DNA of 63,955 nucleotides, filler included, from 12 parts of 12 records of this genome joined end to end with filler, not necessarily neighbours in it, one strand, 5' to 3'; counted from the first letter of the whole stretch, positions 35,704 through 52,086 are shown. The notes: generated by a model not told the origin, from the letters alone. Translations and numbers: made by a program.

Positions 35704-36477
35704 ATGTCAGTACCTCTCATTCTGACCATACTGGCGGGGGCAGCCACGTTTATTGGCGCGTTTCTCGGCGTTCTCGGGCAAAAACCCTCGAACCGCTTAC
35801 TGGCGTTTTCGCTAGGTTTTGCGGCGGGGATCATGTTGCTCATCTCATTAATGGAAATGCTTCCTGCCGCACTAGCAGCTGAAGGAATGTCGCCTGTGTT
35901 GGGTTATGGAATGTTTATCTTCGGTCTGCTTGGCTATTTTGGCCTGGACCGCATGTTGCCACATGCTCATCCGCAGGATTTAATGCAAAAATCGGTGCAG
36001 CCGTTGCCAAAATCGATCAAGCGCACAGCCATTCTGCTCACTCTCGGCATCAGTCTGCATAACTTCCCGGAAGGGATTGCCACCTTTGTCACGGCGAGCA
36101 GCAACCTGGAGCTGGGATTTGGCATCGCACTGGCCGTCGCGTTGCACAATATCCCTGAAGGTCTGGCAGTGGCAGGCCCGGTTTATGCGGCAACGGGGTC
36201 TAAACGCACCGCGATTCTGTGGGCGGGGATTTCTGGACTAGCAGAAATTCTTGGTGGTGTGCTGGCGTGGTTAATCCTCGGTAGCATGATTTCCCCGGTG
36301 GTCATGGCGGCAATCATGGCGGCGGTTGCAGGAATTATGGTGGCGCTCTCGGTTGATGAATTAATGCCGCTCGCCAAAGAGATTGACCCTAATAATAACC
36401 CCAGCTATGGCGTACTATGTGGAATGTCAGTGATGGGATTCAGTTTAGTGCTGCTACAAACGGCGGGAATTGGTTAA
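35704..36477 (+). CDS. zupT: ZIP-family metal transporter
   Basis: 257 aa; HNFPEG and HNIPEG motifs. Confidence 0.96.
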
Positions 36478-36534
36478 AAACAACATCAGAAGTTGTCCAG
36501 CGCATGGACAACTTCTGCCAGCTTCACGAAAGCC

Positions 36535-36705
36535 TTATTCTACCTTTTCGGCTGTCTCTTCTCTCGTACTGTTTAAGTATTTGTTCCGCGCTTCAAGCAG
36601 TGCGTCTCTGTCCTGGCGAAACGCCCGACAATAACGTTTCAAATGCAGGAAATAACCCACCACAACCAGAGCAATCAATACAATCCAGTACCAGGCGATA
36701 AACAT
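36535..36705 (-). CDS. Small single-TM protein (56 aa), probably YqiD/DUF4051
   Basis: MFIAWYWIVLIALVVVGYF plus a charged tail; between zupT and ribB. Confidence 0.7.
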   Translation of the reverse strand: MFIAWYWIVLIALVVVGYFLHLKRYCRAFRQDRDALLEARNKYLNSTREETAEKVE

Positions 36706-36966
36706 CCTTTTACCCTTAATATTTAACAATACTAAACATTTAGCGTATAAATTTCACATATCCTTTTTCGGATATATTCATATGGTCGCATAATAACGGA
36801 ACAATTATATGATTTTGATCATAATGAAAAAGAATGCCTGATATTAATGAAATTTTCTCATAGAAAGAGAAGCGGAATTAACATCTTGCATAGCAGGGAA
36901 AAATAAAAACCGAAGCCTGCTACAACTTCGGTTTCTTGATTAAGGCAGTAAATTAAGCAGCGGTTT

Positions 36967-37620
36967 TCAGCTGGCTTTACGCTCATGTGCCTGACGGTAT
37001 GCCACCAGGTCTTCAATAGTCACGAGCGCCATATTGTGTTTATTGGCAAACTCAATACACTCTGGTGCACGCGCCATCGTGCCATCGTCATTAGTCAGCT
37101 CACACAGTACACCAGCCGGTTTAAAGCCTGCCAGCGTCATCAGATCAATAGTTGCTTCAGTATGACCGCCACGCGTCAGTACACCACCTGCCTGAGCGCG
37201 AAGTGGGAAAACGTGGCCAGGACGATTCAGATCTGACGGTTTTGCGCCATCGGCAATCGCTGCGCGAACGGTCGTAATACGGTCAGCGGCAGAAACACCG
37301 GTAGTCACACCTTCAGCTGCTTCAATGGTCACGGTAAAACCGGTGCCATAGGCGCTGGTGTTATTTTCTACCATCATTGGCAGATCGAGTTGTTTACGGC
37401 GATCTTCAGTAATGCACAGGCAAACAATACCGCTACCGTGGCGAATGGTCAGCGCCATCTGCTCAACAGTCATGGTTTCTGCCGGGAAGATCATATCACC
37501 TTCGTTTTCACGGTCTTCATCATCAAGCACCATTACACCGCGTCCTTCACGCAGCGCAGCCAGTGCATTTTCAACACGTTCGAAAGGCGTACCAAAAGAG
37601 GAAAGTAGCGTCTGATTCAT
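36967..37620 (-). CDS. ribB: 3,4-dihydroxy-2-butanone-4-phosphate synthase
   Basis: 217 aa; [10 protein letters not shown] and RGGHTEA motifs. Confidence 0.97.
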   Translation of the reverse strand: MNQTLLSSFGTPFERVENALAALREGRGVMVLDDEDRENEGDMIFPAETMTVEQMALTIRHGSGIVCLCITEDRRKQLDLPMMVENNTSAYGTGFTVTIEAAEGVTTGVSAADRITTVRAAIADGAKPSDLNRPGHVFPLRAQAGGVLTRGGHTEATIDLMTLAGFKPAGVLCELTNDDGTMARAPECIEFANKHNMALVTIEDLVAYRQAHERKAS

Positions 37621-37723
37621 GGTAAAAAAACCTCACTAAAATTATGGTTACCAGAATCAGGGCAGTCTTAGGAGTGGCGGCATATAGCCAAAATAACGTG
37701 AGCGGGTCCATGCCCGACAGAAT

Positions 37724-37840
37724 CGTTACTCTCTCCCATCCGGACTCTAACCGTCGGCCCCGGAATTACACCGGATCTGCTGTCCTTTGAGTTCGCACCC
37801 AAAGCGCTCGCGGGCTTTCAACTGAGTTGATTTACCGCCG
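37724..37840 (-). ncRNA. sroG: FMN riboswitch (RFN, sroG), 5'-truncated by contig end
   Basis: Minus strand CGGCGGT...AGCCCGCGAGCG...GCAGATCCGGTGTAATTCCGGGGCCGACGGTTAGAGTCCGGATGGGAGA in the ribB leader. Confidence 0.93.
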
Positions 37841-38075
37841 NNNNNNNNNNNNNNNNNNNNNNNNNNNNNNNNNNNNNNNNNNNNTTAATTAATTAANNNN
37901 NNNNNNNNNNNNNNNNNNNNNNNNNNNNNNNNNNNNNNNNTTTTTATCGACCAGATAATCTGTTCTCTAATGTTAACTCCCCCTAACCTGTTGCTTTAGT
38001 TATTCATTTCCTGTCTCACTTTGCCTTAATACCCTACGTTAAATGTTACTAATTTGTTGCTTTTGATCACAATAA

Positions 38076-39167
<1,092 letters not shown>

Positions 39168-39186
39168 GCGCAAAGGAATTGAGCGG

Positions 39187-40455
39187 ATGTATGATTTTGT
39201 GATTATTGGCGGCGGCATCATCGGCATGTCGACCGCCATGCAACTGATTGATGTCTATCCGGACGCCCGCATTGCGTTGCTGGAAAAAGAGTCCGCCCCG
39301 GCCTGTCACCAGACGGGCCACAACAGCGGCGTGATCCATGCCGGGGTCTATTACACGCCCGGCAGCCTGAAGGCGCAGTTTTGCCTGGCGGGAAACCGCG
39401 CCACCAAAGCCTTTTGCGATCAAAACGGCATTCGCTACGACAACTGCGGCAAGATGCTGGTTGCCACGTCCGATCTCGAAATGGAACGGATGCGCGCCTT
39501 ATGGGAACGCACAGCGGCGAACGGTATCGAGCGCGAATGGCTTAACGCCGACGAACTGCGCGAGCGCGAACCGAATATCACCGGGCTCGGCGGCATTTTT
39601 GTGCCGTCCAGCGGCATTGTCAGCTACCGCGACGTGACGGCGGCGATGGCAAAAATCTTCCAGTCCAGAGGCGGTGAAATTATCTATAACGCCGAAGTCA
39701 GCGGGCTTAATGAGCATAAAAACGGCGTGGTGATACGTACCCGTCAGGGCGGCGAATATGAAGCATCAACGCTGATTAGCTGTTCCGGGCTGATGGCTGA
39801 CCGGCTGGTGAAAATGCTCGGACTCGAACCGGGCTTTATCATCTGCCCGTTCCGTGGCGAGTATTTCCGCCTTGCGCCGGAGCATAACCAGATTGTTAAC
39901 CACCTGATTTACCCCATTCCCGACCCGGCAATGCCGTTTTTGGGCGTTCATCTCACCCGCATGATCGACGGCAGCGTGACCGTCGGGCCAAACGCGGTGC
40001 TGGCTTTCAAACGCGAAGGCTATCGCAAGCGCGACTTCTCATTTAGCGACACGCTGGAGATTTTGGGCTCGTCGGGGATTCGCCGGGTGCTGCAAAACCA
40101 TCTACGCTCAGGACTGGGCGAGATGAAAAACTCGCTGTGCAAAAGCGGCTATCTGCGGCTGGTGCAAAAGTATTGTCCCCGGCTTTCGTTAAGCGATCTC
40201 CAGCCCTGGCCCGCCGGTGTGCGGGCGCAGGCGGTATCGCCGGACGGCAAGCTGATTGACGATTTTCTGTTTGTCACCACCCCGCGCACGATCCACACCT
40301 GCAATGCGCCCTCCCCGGCAGCGACATCAGCAATTCCTATTGGTGCGCATATTGTCAGCAAGGTACAAACGCTGTTGGCAAGCCAGAGTAACCCCGGACG
40401 CACGCTGCGAGCGGCACGTAGTGTGGATGCCTTACACGCCGCATTTAATCAATAA
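39187..40455 (+). CDS. lhgO: L-2-hydroxyglutarate dehydrogenase
   Basis: 422 aa; GGGIIG FAD motif, HNSGVIHAG and PSPAATS. Confidence 0.95.
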   Translation: MYDFVIIGGGIIGMSTAMQLIDVYPDARIALLEKESAPACHQTGHNSGVIHAGVYYTPGSLKAQFCLAGNRATKAFCDQNGIRYDNCGKMLVATSDLEMERMRALWERTAANGIEREWLNADELREREPNITGLGGIFVPSSGIVSYRDVTAAMAKIFQSRGGEIIYNAEVSGLNEHKNGVVIRTRQGGEYEASTLISCSGLMADRLVKMLGLEPGFIICPFRGEYFRLAPEHNQIVNHLIYPIPDPAMPFLGVHLTRMIDGSVTVGPNAVLAFKREGYRKRDFSFSDTLEILGSSGIRRVLQNHLRSGLGEMKNSLCKSGYLRLVQKYCPRLSLSDLQPWPAGVRAQAVSPDGKLIDDFLFVTTPRTIHTCNAPSPAATSAIPIGAHIVSKVQTLLASQSNPGRTLRAARSVDALHAAFNQ

Positions 40456-40477
40456 CCTTTGAAAACAGGATGTAGCG

Positions 40478-41135
40478 ATGAAACTTAACGACAGTAACTT
40501 ATTCCGCCAGCAGGCGTTGATTAACGGGGAATGGCTGGACGCCAACAATGGTGAAGCCATCGACGTCACCAATCCGGCGAACGGCGACAAGCTGGGTAGC
40601 GTGCCGAAAATGGGCGCGGATGAAACCCGCGCCGCTATCGACGCCGCCAACCGCGCCCTGCCCGCCTGGCGCGCGCTCACCGCCAAAGAACGCGCCACCA
40701 TTCTGCGCAACTGGTTCAATTTGATGATGGAGCATCAGGACGATTTAGCGCGCCTGATGACCCTCGAACAGGGTAAACCACTGGCCGAAGCGAAAGGCGA
40801 AATCAGCTACGCCGCCTCCTTTATTGAGTGGTTTGCCGAAGAAGGCAAACGCATTTATGGCGACACCATTCCTGGTCATCAGGCCGATAAACGCCTGATT
40901 GTTATCAAGCAGCCGATTGGCGTCACCGCGGCTATCACGCCGTGGAACTTCCCGGCGGCGATGATTACCCGCAAAGCCGGTCCGGCGCTGGCAGCAGGCT
41001 GCACCATGGTGCTGAAGCCCGCCAGTCAGACGCCGTTCTCTGCGCTGGCGCTGGCGGAGCTGGCGATCCGCGCGGGCGTTCCGGCTGGGGTATTTAACGT
41101 GGTCACCGGTTCGGCGGGCGCGGTCGGTAACGAAC
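40478..41135 (+). CDS. gabD: NADP+ succinate-semialdehyde dehydrogenase, 3'-truncated
   Basis: Starts MKLNDSNLFRQQ; ITPWNFP motif. Confidence 0.95.
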
Positions 41136-41235
41136 NNNNNNNNNNNNNNNNNNNNNNNNNNNNNNNNNNNNNNNNNNNNTTAATTAATTAANNNNNNNNN
41201 NNNNNNNNNNNNNNNNNNNNNNNNNNNNNNNNNNN

Positions 41236-41367
41236 TTTTCGCGTGCAATTATATCTTTTTACTTCCGGTATCGCTGTTTTTTACCGGTTTCGATATTTAG
41301 CCCGGAATATGCATTTTTAATCGTCTGTCCGTTTATTTTGCGAAAAGCGTTAAATATTACGAGGTAA
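41236..41367 (+). CDS. wcaD: Colanic acid polymerase WcaD, 3' tail (low-quality contig start)
   Basis: Ends ...[21 protein letters not shown] immediately before wcaE. Confidence 0.75.
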
Positions 41368-41377
41368 GAATAAGAAC

Positions 41378-42124
41378 ATGTTGCTTAGCATAATCACTGT
41401 CGCGTTTCGTAACCTCGAAGGGATAGTCAAAACACATGCCTCGCTGGCGCATCTGGCGCAGGTGGAAGATATCAGCTTCGAATGGATTGTTGTCGATGGC
41501 GGTTCCAACGACGGCACCCGTGAGTATCTGGAAAATCTCAATGGTATCTTTAACCTACGCTTTGTCAGCGAGCCAGATAACGGTATCTACGACGCCATGA
41601 ACAAAGGCATTGCGATGGCACAAGGCAAGTTCGCGTTGTTTCTCAATTCGGGCGATATTTTTCATCAGAATGCCGCAAATTTTGTCCGTAAGTTAAAAAT
41701 GCAAAAAGATAACGTGATGATCACCGGCGATGCGCTGCTGGATTTTGGCGACGGGCATAAAATTAAACGTAGCGCCAAACCGGGCTGGTATATTTATCAC
41801 AGCCTGCCCGCCAGTCATCAGGCGATATTTTTCCCTGTATCCGGCTTGAAAAAATGGCGTTATGACCTGGAATATAAAGTTTCTTCCGACTACGCGCTGG
41901 CAGCCAAAATGTATAAAGCCGGTTATGCATTTAAAAAACTCAATGGCCTGGTGTCTGAATTTTCCATGGGTGGGGTATCTACCACCAATAATATGGAATT
42001 GTGTGCTGACGCGAAAAAAGTCCAACGACAAATATTACATGTGCCTGGCTTTTGGGCTGAATTATCCTGGCATTTACGCCAACGTACTACCTCAAAGACG
42101 AAAGCCTTATATAACAAAGTCTGA
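41378..42124 (+). CDS. wcaE: Colanic acid glycosyltransferase (GT2)
   Basis: 248 aa; DGGSNDGT and GIYDAMNKG motifs. Confidence 0.95.
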
Positions 42125-42139
42125 ATATAAGGAAAACCA

Positions 42140-42687
42140 ATGCAAGATTTAAGCGGTTTCTCGGTGCCGAAAGGGTTCCGGGGCGGCAACGCTATTAAAG
42201 TGCAATTATGGTGGGCAGTACAGGCAACAATATTTGCCTGGTCGCCACAAGTATTGTATCGCTGGCGGGCTTTTTTATTACGTTTATTCGGAGCAAAAAT
42301 AGGAAAAAACGTAGTTATTCGTCCGTCAGTAAAATTACCTATCCGTGGAAATTAACCTTAGGTGATTACGCGTGGGTCGGCGATGACGTCAATTTATATA
42401 CCCTCGGTGAAATAACCATTGGCGCACATTCGGTGATATCGCAAAAAAGTTATTTATGCACCGGTAGCCACGACCATGCAAGTCAACATTTCACCATTAA
42501 CGCCACGCCTATTGTGATTGGCGAGAAATGCTGGCTGGCAACCGATGTCTTTGTTGCCCCAGGCGTCACAATCGGCGACGGCACCGTCGTGGGTGCACGA
42601 AGCAGTGTTTTTAAATCGCTTCCGGCAAATGTGGTTTGCCGGGGGAATCCCGCAGTGGTGATACGCGAACGCGTTGAAACTGAATAA
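42140..42687 (+). pseudogene. wcaF: Colanic acid acetyltransferase WcaF, -1 frameshift in an A-run (probably a sequencing error)
   Basis: N-half (..VIRPSVK) and C-half (ITYPWKL..RERVETE) are in different frames; span is 548 bp; A4 at 42331-42334 where A5 restores the frame. Confidence 0.88.
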
Positions 42688-42712
42688 ATTCAAAAATACA
42701 GAGGAATAATAC

Positions 42713-43834
42713 ATGTCAAAAGTCGCTCTCATCACCGGTGTAACCGGACAAGACGGTTCTTACCTGGCAGAGTTTCTGCTGGAAAAAGGTTACGAGGTGC
42801 ATGGTATTAAGCGTCGCGCATCGTCATTCAACACCGAGCGCGTGGATCACATTTATCAGGATCCGCACACCTGCAACCCGAAATTCCATCTGCATTATGG
42901 CGACCTGAGTGATACCTCTAACCTGACGCGCATTTTGCGTGAAGTACAGCCGGATGAAGTGTACAACCTGGGCGCAATGAGCCACGTTGCGGTCTCTTTT
43001 GAGTCACCAGAATATACCGCTGACGTCGACGCGATGGGTACGCTGCGCCTGCTGGAGGCGATCCGCTTCCTCGGTCTGGAAAAGAAAACTCGTTTCTATC
43101 AGGCTTCCACCTCTGAACTGTATGGTCTGGTGCAGGAAATTCCGCAGAAAGAGACCACGCCGTTCTACCCGCGATCTCCGTATGCGGTCGCCAAACTGTA
43201 CGCCTACTGGATCACCGTTAACTACCGTGAATCCTACGGCATGTACGCCTGTAACGGAATTCTCTTCAACCATGAATCCCCGCGCCGCGGCGAAACCTTC
43301 GTTACCCGCAAAATCACCCGCGCAATCGCCAACATCGCCCAGGGGCTGGAGTCGTGCCTGTACCTCGGCAATATGGATTCCCTGCGTGACTGGGGCCACG
43401 CCAAAGACTACGTAAAAATGCAGTGGATGATGCTGCAGCAGGAACAGCCGGAAGATTTCGTTATCGCGACCGGCGTTCAGTACTCCGTGCGTCAGTTCGT
43501 GGAAATGGCGGCAGCACAGCTGGGCATCAAACTGCGCTTTGAAGGCACGGGCGTTGAAGAGAAGGGCATTGTGGTTTCCGTCACCGGGCATGACGCGCCG
43601 GGCGTTAAACCGGGTGATGTGATTATCGCTGTTGACCCGCGTTACTTCCGTCCGGCTGAAGTTGAAACGCTGCTCGGCGACCCGACCAAAGCGCACGAAA
43701 AACTGGGCTGGAAACCGGAAATCACCCTCAGAGAGATGGTGTCTGAAATGGTGGCTAATGACCTCGAAGCGGCGAAAAAACACTCTCTGCTGAAATCTCA
43801 CGGCTACGACGTGGCGATCGCGCTGGAGTCATAA
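42713..43834 (+). CDS. gmd: GDP-mannose 4,6-dehydratase
   Basis: 373 aa; GVTGQDG and YAVAK motifs. Confidence 0.97.
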
Positions 43835-43836
43835 GC

Positions 43837-43873
43837 ATGAGTAAACAACGAGTTTTTATTGCTGGTCATCGCG
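43837..43873 (+). CDS. fcl: GDP-L-fucose synthase, N-terminal fragment
   Basis: MSKQRVFIAGHR directly after gmd. Confidence 0.85.
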
Positions 43874-43973
43874 NNNNNNNNNNNNNNNNNNNNNNNNNNN
43901 NNNNNNNNNNNNNNNNNTTAATTAATTAANNNNNNNNNNNNNNNNNNNNNNNNNNNNNNNNNNNNNNNNNNNN

Positions 43974-44691
43974 AGTTCTTTTCTGGATTTTCCGTTTTAT
44001 CGACCAGACCACCAACCGCTTCAATTCCGCCATAGGCAAAAATGGCAAATACCACAAACGATAGCATTGCCAGACCGGACTGATAACCCGGGTTCGGTGA
44101 TGCAAGGAAATTAATATCCTGCGCGAAATGCCCACCATTTAATAACAAAATAGTAATGCTTACTAACAGCAATACTAAATTCAGACACATTACTGCAATA
44201 CCGCCCACCGCAGTAATGCGGGCAATTTTATTAATCCCCTTAGAAGCAACGACGGTGACCAGAATCATCCATGCCACAGCCAGCAGACCAACCACCTGCG
44301 TAGGCTCCAGTCCGGCAATACGCCAGTGCTGGGTCATGTCGCTACCATAGAGGAATGTTGAGAACGGTACCCAAACTTTCGCGGAGGTACTCACCATCCA
44401 GATGATATAAGAGGAAAACCACATAAACGTACCAATGAAGGCAAAACGTGGTCCGACACTATTATTCATCCAGGAATAGATACCGCCTTCTTCTTTGCGA
44501 TAAGCAGCTCCCATTTCAGCCATCATTAAGGCGAATGGAATAAAGAATAACAATGCAGAAAATATATAAAAGGGAATCGCACTATAACCCATTAAGTAAT
44601 AAGCCGATGGGCTATTGGCAAATCCAAATACGGAAGTAAAGATCATCAATATGAGTCCTATCAGACTCATCTTTTTTATCGTGTGAGGCAT
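43974..44691 (-). CDS. yjeM: APC-family transporter YjeM, 3'-truncated
   Basis: Starts MPHTIKKMSL; EGGIYSW motif; downstream of epmA. Confidence 0.9.
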
Positions 44692-44856
44692 GAAACCATC
44701 CTTCATTTCAGCGCGTGTATAACACGTGCCCACTGAACTGCACTGCGCAACATTGAGCAGGCAGCGTAAAAACCAATACAGAATTGATACCTGGATGATA
44801 TCAAATATCCAGTCTTAAATTGTGGCCTTTAACGGAAAAATGAAAACATATGCTAC

Positions 44857-44881
44857 AGAATGGCGCTTATCACGCCATTCT
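44857..44881. terminator. Hairpin after epmA
   Basis: AGAATGGCG-CTTATCA-CGCCATTCT. Confidence 0.55.
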
Positions 44882-44909
44882 TCGCTGTTAATTCAGTAAT
44901 TTTTCAGAA

Positions 44910-45887
44910 TTATGCCCGGTCAACGCTAAAGGCGATGACTTCAGCCAGTGTCTCCGCGCCCAGCGCCAACATCACCAGACGATCAACACCTAATGCCACG
45001 CCGGAACAGTCAGGCATACCGACTTTCAAGGCTTCAATCAGATTCTGGTCAATGGGGTGCTGCGGCAAACCGCGCGCCGCGCGCTTACGGTTATCTTGTT
45101 CAAAGCGTTGTTGCTGCTCACGGGCATCCGTCAATTCATGGAAACCATTCGCCAGCTCAATACCTTTATAATAAACCTCAAAGCGTTCAGCGACCCGATG
45201 ATCTTCGGTACTGATTTGCGCCAGTGATGCCTGGCTGGCTGGAAAGTGGTACACAAAGGTCGGTTTTTCTTTGCCAATATTTGGCTCTACGCCAAAGGTA
45301 AACAGCAATTGTAGCAGCGTGTCGCGGTCTTCTTCGGTATCAGCAACATTGCTCAAATCCAGTTTCGCTGCGACTTCCCGCAGTTGCGTTTTGTCGGCAG
45401 AGAGCGGGTCAATTTCCAGATAACGCAAGAAAGCTTGTTGATAAGAAAGGCTTTCTGCTGCCGGGCAGTCCAGCACCTGTTGTAAGAGATCGTCCACCTC
45501 GTTCATCAACCGGTACATATCATAGTGCGGTCGATACCACTCCAGCATAGTGAACTCAGGGTTGTGATAACGCCCCATCTCTTCATTACGGAAGCTGCGG
45601 CACAGCTGGAATACCGGCCCACAACCGGCAACCAGCAGGCGTTTCATATGGTATTCCGGGCTGGTCATTAACCAGAGATTCATCCCCTGCGAATGCCCGG
45701 GGCCAACGAAACGTGTCTCAAACGGGACCAAATGAATATCGGTTACCGTCGCCTGGCTCATACAAGGCGTCTCCACCTCCAGCACTCCACGATCGGCAAA
45801 GAAACGACGGATCTCCGCCATAATCGCCGCGCGTTTTAATAAGTTAGGAATGGATGCGCTCGGCTGCCAGGATGCCGTTTCGCTCAT
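44910..45887 (-). CDS. epmA: EF-P (R)-beta-lysine ligase
   Basis: 325 aa LysRS paralogue; [10 protein letters not shown] and GVALGVDRL motifs. Confidence 0.96.
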   Translation of the reverse strand: MSETASWQPSASIPNLLKRAAIMAEIRRFFADRGVLEVETPCMSQATVTDIHLVPFETRFVGPGHSQGMNLWLMTSPEYHMKRLLVAGCGPVFQLCRSFRNEEMGRYHNPEFTMLEWYRPHYDMYRLMNEVDDLLQQVLDCPAAESLSYQQAFLRYLEIDPLSADKTQLREVAAKLDLSNVADTEEDRDTLLQLLFTFGVEPNIGKEKPTFVYHFPASQASLAQISTEDHRVAERFEVYYKGIELANGFHELTDAREQQQRFEQDNRKRAARGLPQHPIDQNLIEALKVGMPDCSGVALGVDRLVMLALGAETLAEVIAFSVDRA

Positions 45888-46211
45888 AGTTAAATCTCCA
45901 GTTTTTGACAAGGGCACGAAGTCTACTCGCAACGCGACGGCGAGACAAATTTTACGCAGGAATCAAACAGCGGTGGGCAGTGACTAAAAAAAGCACGATC
46001 TGATGGTTTAGTAATTAAATTAATCATCTTCAGTGATAATTTAGCCCTCTTGCGCACTAAAAAAATCGATCTCGTCAAATTTCAGACTTATCCATCAGAC
46101 TATACTGTTGTACCTATAAAGGAGCAGTGGAATAGCGTTCGCAGACCGTAACTTTCAGGTACTTACCCTGAAGTACGTGGCTGTGGGATAAAAACAATCT
46201 GGAGGAATGTC

Positions 46212-48012
46212 GTGCAAACCTTTCAAGCCGATCTTGCCATTGTAGGCGCCGGTGGCGCGGGATTACGTGCTGCAATTGCTGCCGCGCAGGCAAATCCGAA
46301 TGCAAAAATCGCACTAATCTCAAAAGTATACCCGATGCGTAGCCATACCGTTGCTGCAGAAGGGGGCTCCGCCGCTGTCGCGCAGGATCATGACAGCTTC
46401 GAATATCACTTTCACGATACAGTAGCGGGTGGCGACTGGTTGTGTGAGCAGGATGTCGTGGATTATTTCGTCCACCACTGCCCAACCGAAATGACCCAAC
46501 TGGAACTGTGGGGATGCCCATGGAGCCGTCGCCCGGATGGTAGCGTCAACGTACGTCGCTTCGGCGGCATGAAAATCGAGCGCACCTGGTTCGCCGCCGA
46601 TAAGACCGGCTTCCATATGCTGCACACGCTGTTCCAGACCTCTCTGCAATTCCCGCAGATCCAGCGTTTTGACGAACATTTCGTGCTGGATATTCTGGTT
46701 GATGATGGTCATGTTCGCGGCCTGGTAGCAATGAACATGATGGAAGGCACGCTGGTGCAGATCCGTGCTAACGCGGTCGTTATGGCTACTGGCGGTGCGG
46801 GTCGCGTTTATCGTTACAACACCAACGGCGGCATCGTTACCGGTGACGGTATGGGTATGGCGCTAAGCCACGGCGTTCCGCTGCGTGACATGGAATTCGT
46901 TCAGTATCACCCAACCGGTCTGCCAGGTTCCGGTATCCTGATGACCGAAGGTTGCCGCGGTGAAGGCGGTATTCTGGTCAACAAAAATGGCTACCGTTAT
47001 CTGCAAGATTACGGCATGGGCCCGGAAACTCCGCTGGGCGAGCCGAAAAACAAATATATGGAACTGGGTCCACGCGACAAAGTCTCTCAGGCCTTCTGGC
47101 ACGAATGGCGTAAAGGCAACACCATCTCCACGCCGCGTGGCGATGTGGTTTATCTCGACTTGCGTCACCTCGGCGAGAAAAAACTGCATGAACGTCTGCC
47201 GTTCATCTGCGAACTGGCGAAAGCGTACGTTGGCGTCGATCCGGTTAAAGAACCGATTCCGGTACGTCCGACCGCACACTACACCATGGGCGGTATCGAA
47301 ACCGATCAGAACTGTGAAACCCGCATTAAAGGTCTGTTCGCCGTGGGTGAATGTTCCTCTGTTGGTCTGCACGGTGCAAACCGTCTGGGTTCTAACTCCC
47401 TGGCGGAACTGGTGGTCTTCGGCCGTCTGGCCGGTGAACAAGCGACAGAGCGTGCAGCAACTGCCGGTAATGGCAACGAAGCGGCAATTGAAGCGCAGGC
47501 AGCTGGCGTTGAACAACGTCTGAAAGATCTGGTTAACCAGGATGGCGGCGAAAACTGGGCGAAGATCCGCGACGAAATGGGCCTGGCTATGGAAGAAGGC
47601 TGCGGTATCTACCGTACGCCGGAACTGATGCAGAAAACCATCGACAAGCTGGCAGAGCTGCAGGAACGCTTCAAGCGCGTGCGCATCACCGACACTTCCA
47701 GCGTGTTCAACACCGACCTGCTCTACACCATTGAACTGGGCCACGGTCTGAACGTTGCTGAATGTATGGCGCACTCCGCAATGGCACGTAAAGAGTCCCG
47801 CGGCGCGCACCAGCGTCTGGACGAAGGTTGCACCGAGCGTGACGACGTCAACTTCCTCAAACACACCCTCGCCTTCCGCGATGCTGATGGCACGACTCGC
47901 CTGGAGTACAGCGACGTGAAGATTACTACGCTGCCGCCAGCTAAACGCGTTTACGGTGGCGAAGCGGATGCAGCCGATAAGGCGGAAGCAGCCAATAAGA
48001 AGGAGAAGGCGA

Positions 48013-48020
<8 letters not shown>
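46212..48020 (+). CDS. frdA: Fumarate reductase flavoprotein
   Basis: GTG start; 602 aa; [10 protein letters not shown] and HGANRLG motifs. Confidence 0.98.
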
Positions 48021-49153
<1,133 letters not shown>

Positions 49154-49163
49154 GGAGCCTGAG

Positions 49164-50719
<1,556 letters not shown>

Positions 50720-50807
50720 AATTCCATCGGGTCCGAATTTTCGGACCTTTTCTCCGCTTTTCCTTGCTGTCATCTACACTTAGAAAAAAACCAGTAAGGA
50801 AACATTT

Positions 50808-51341
50808 ATGCGCCTGCTCCCTCTCGTTGCCGCAGCGACAGCTGCATTTCTGGTCGTTGCCTGCAGTTCTCCTACGCCGCCGCGTGGCGTGACCGTAGTA
50901 AATAATTTCGACGCCAAACGTTATCTCGGTACCTGGTATGAGATTGCCCGTTTTGATCACCGCTTTGAACGTGGACTGGAAAAAGTCACCGCAACATACA
51001 GCCTGCGTGATGACGGCGGCCTGAATGTCATTAATAAAGGCTATAACCCTGACAGAGGAATGTGGCAGCAGAGTGAAGGGAAAGCGTACTTTACCGGCGC
51101 ACCAACTCGCGCTGCGCTGAAAGTGTCATTCTTTGGTCCTTTCTATGGCGGTTATAACGTTATTGCACTCGATCGGGAATACCGCCATGCGCTGGTTTGC
51201 GGCCCGGACCGCGACTACCTGTGGATACTCTCCCGCACGCCAACCATTTCTGACGAAGTGAAACAGGAGATGCTGGCAGTCGCGACCCGGGAAGGGTTTG
51301 ATGTCAGTAAATTTATTTGGGTACAGCAGCCTGGTAGTTAG
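50808..51341 (+). CDS. blc: Outer membrane lipocalin
   Basis: 177 aa; VVAC lipobox; [10 protein letters not shown] motif. Confidence 0.96.
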   Translation: MRLLPLVAAATAAFLVVACSSPTPPRGVTVVNNFDAKRYLGTWYEIARFDHRFERGLEKVTATYSLRDDGGLNVINKGYNPDRGMWQQSEGKAYFTGAPTRAALKVSFFGPFYGGYNVIALDREYRHALVCGPDRDYLWILSRTPTISDEVKQEMLAVATREGFDVSKFIWVQQPGS

Positions 51342-51655
51342 TGAGTGCTGAGTTTCAGACCAATAATCCCCAATACGATTAACGCCAGACTCGCCAGGCG
51401 CATCGGGTTAGCGGACTCACCGAGCAGCACAATGCCGGTTATGGCCGCGCCGACTGCGCCAATACCCGTCCACACGGCATAAGCCGTCCCTACTGGTAAC
51501 GATTTCATCGCCCAGGCAAGTAGCGCCATACTGACAATCATCGCCGTCACAGTAATAACACTCGGCGTCAAACGACTAAAGCCGTGGGTATATTTCAGGC
51601 CAACGGCCCATACCACTTCCAGCAGACCAGCAATAACTAAGATAATCCAGGACAT
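51338..51655 (-). CDS. gdx: SMR-family guanidinium exporter (SugE)
   Basis: 105 aa; GLLEVVWA and [11 protein letters not shown] motifs. Confidence 0.96.
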   Translation of the reverse strand: MSWIILVIAGLLEVVWAVGLKYTHGFSRLTPSVITVTAMIVSMALLAWAMKSLPVGTAYAVWTGIGAVGAAITGIVLLGESANPMRLASLALIVLGIIGLKLSTH

Positions 51656-51671
51656 ATCAGGCTCCGGAGAA

Positions 51672-51720
51672 TTGGGGCCGTCCCCGGTGAAAAGAGGCGT
51701 TTGCAGGTCGTCCTGCAAAG
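51672..51720 (-). ncRNA. Guanidine-II (mini-ykkC) riboswitch
   Basis: Two hairpins with ACGR loops, TTTGCAGG-ACGA-CCTGCAAA and GGGG-ACGG-CCCC, just before the gdx RBS. Confidence 0.92.
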
Positions 51721-51829
51721 CTGATGGTTGAACGGATATTTTGCCAGGTGGCAGGGGAATTTCAACTATTACCTTTGTGACTATCGCAGAAAAACAAACG
51801 GCACGACACAGCTGTCGTACCGTTATTGC

Positions 51830-51976
51830 TTATTGCTGCGCTTTCGTTGCTGCGCCAGAAATCGCGTTACCGCCATCAGAAATGTCTTCACCAACGCCAC
51901 GCGTGGTGTTGCAGGCAGTTAATACTGTTGAAAGCACCAGAACAGAAAAGATCGCTGCAATTGTCTTCTTCACCAT
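51830..51976 (-). CDS. ecnB: Entericidin B lipoprotein (missed by ORF track)
   Basis: [48 protein letters not shown], 48 aa. Confidence 0.93.
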
Positions 51977-52086
51977 AACGTCTTCCTTTTAGGTAATGTT
52001 ATTTATGTTTGCCTATAGCAAATTAATAATAGACAACATCGCCAAAAATGATGGGAATCTGATGATTTTTCGGAAGAGAAGAAAAA

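Noticed and set aside
46863-47864. Long antisense ORFs (333 aa in frdA, 265 aa in gmd, 184 aa in efp, 244 aa in traU)
   Set aside because: Shadow ORFs caused by codon bias in real genes on the opposite strand
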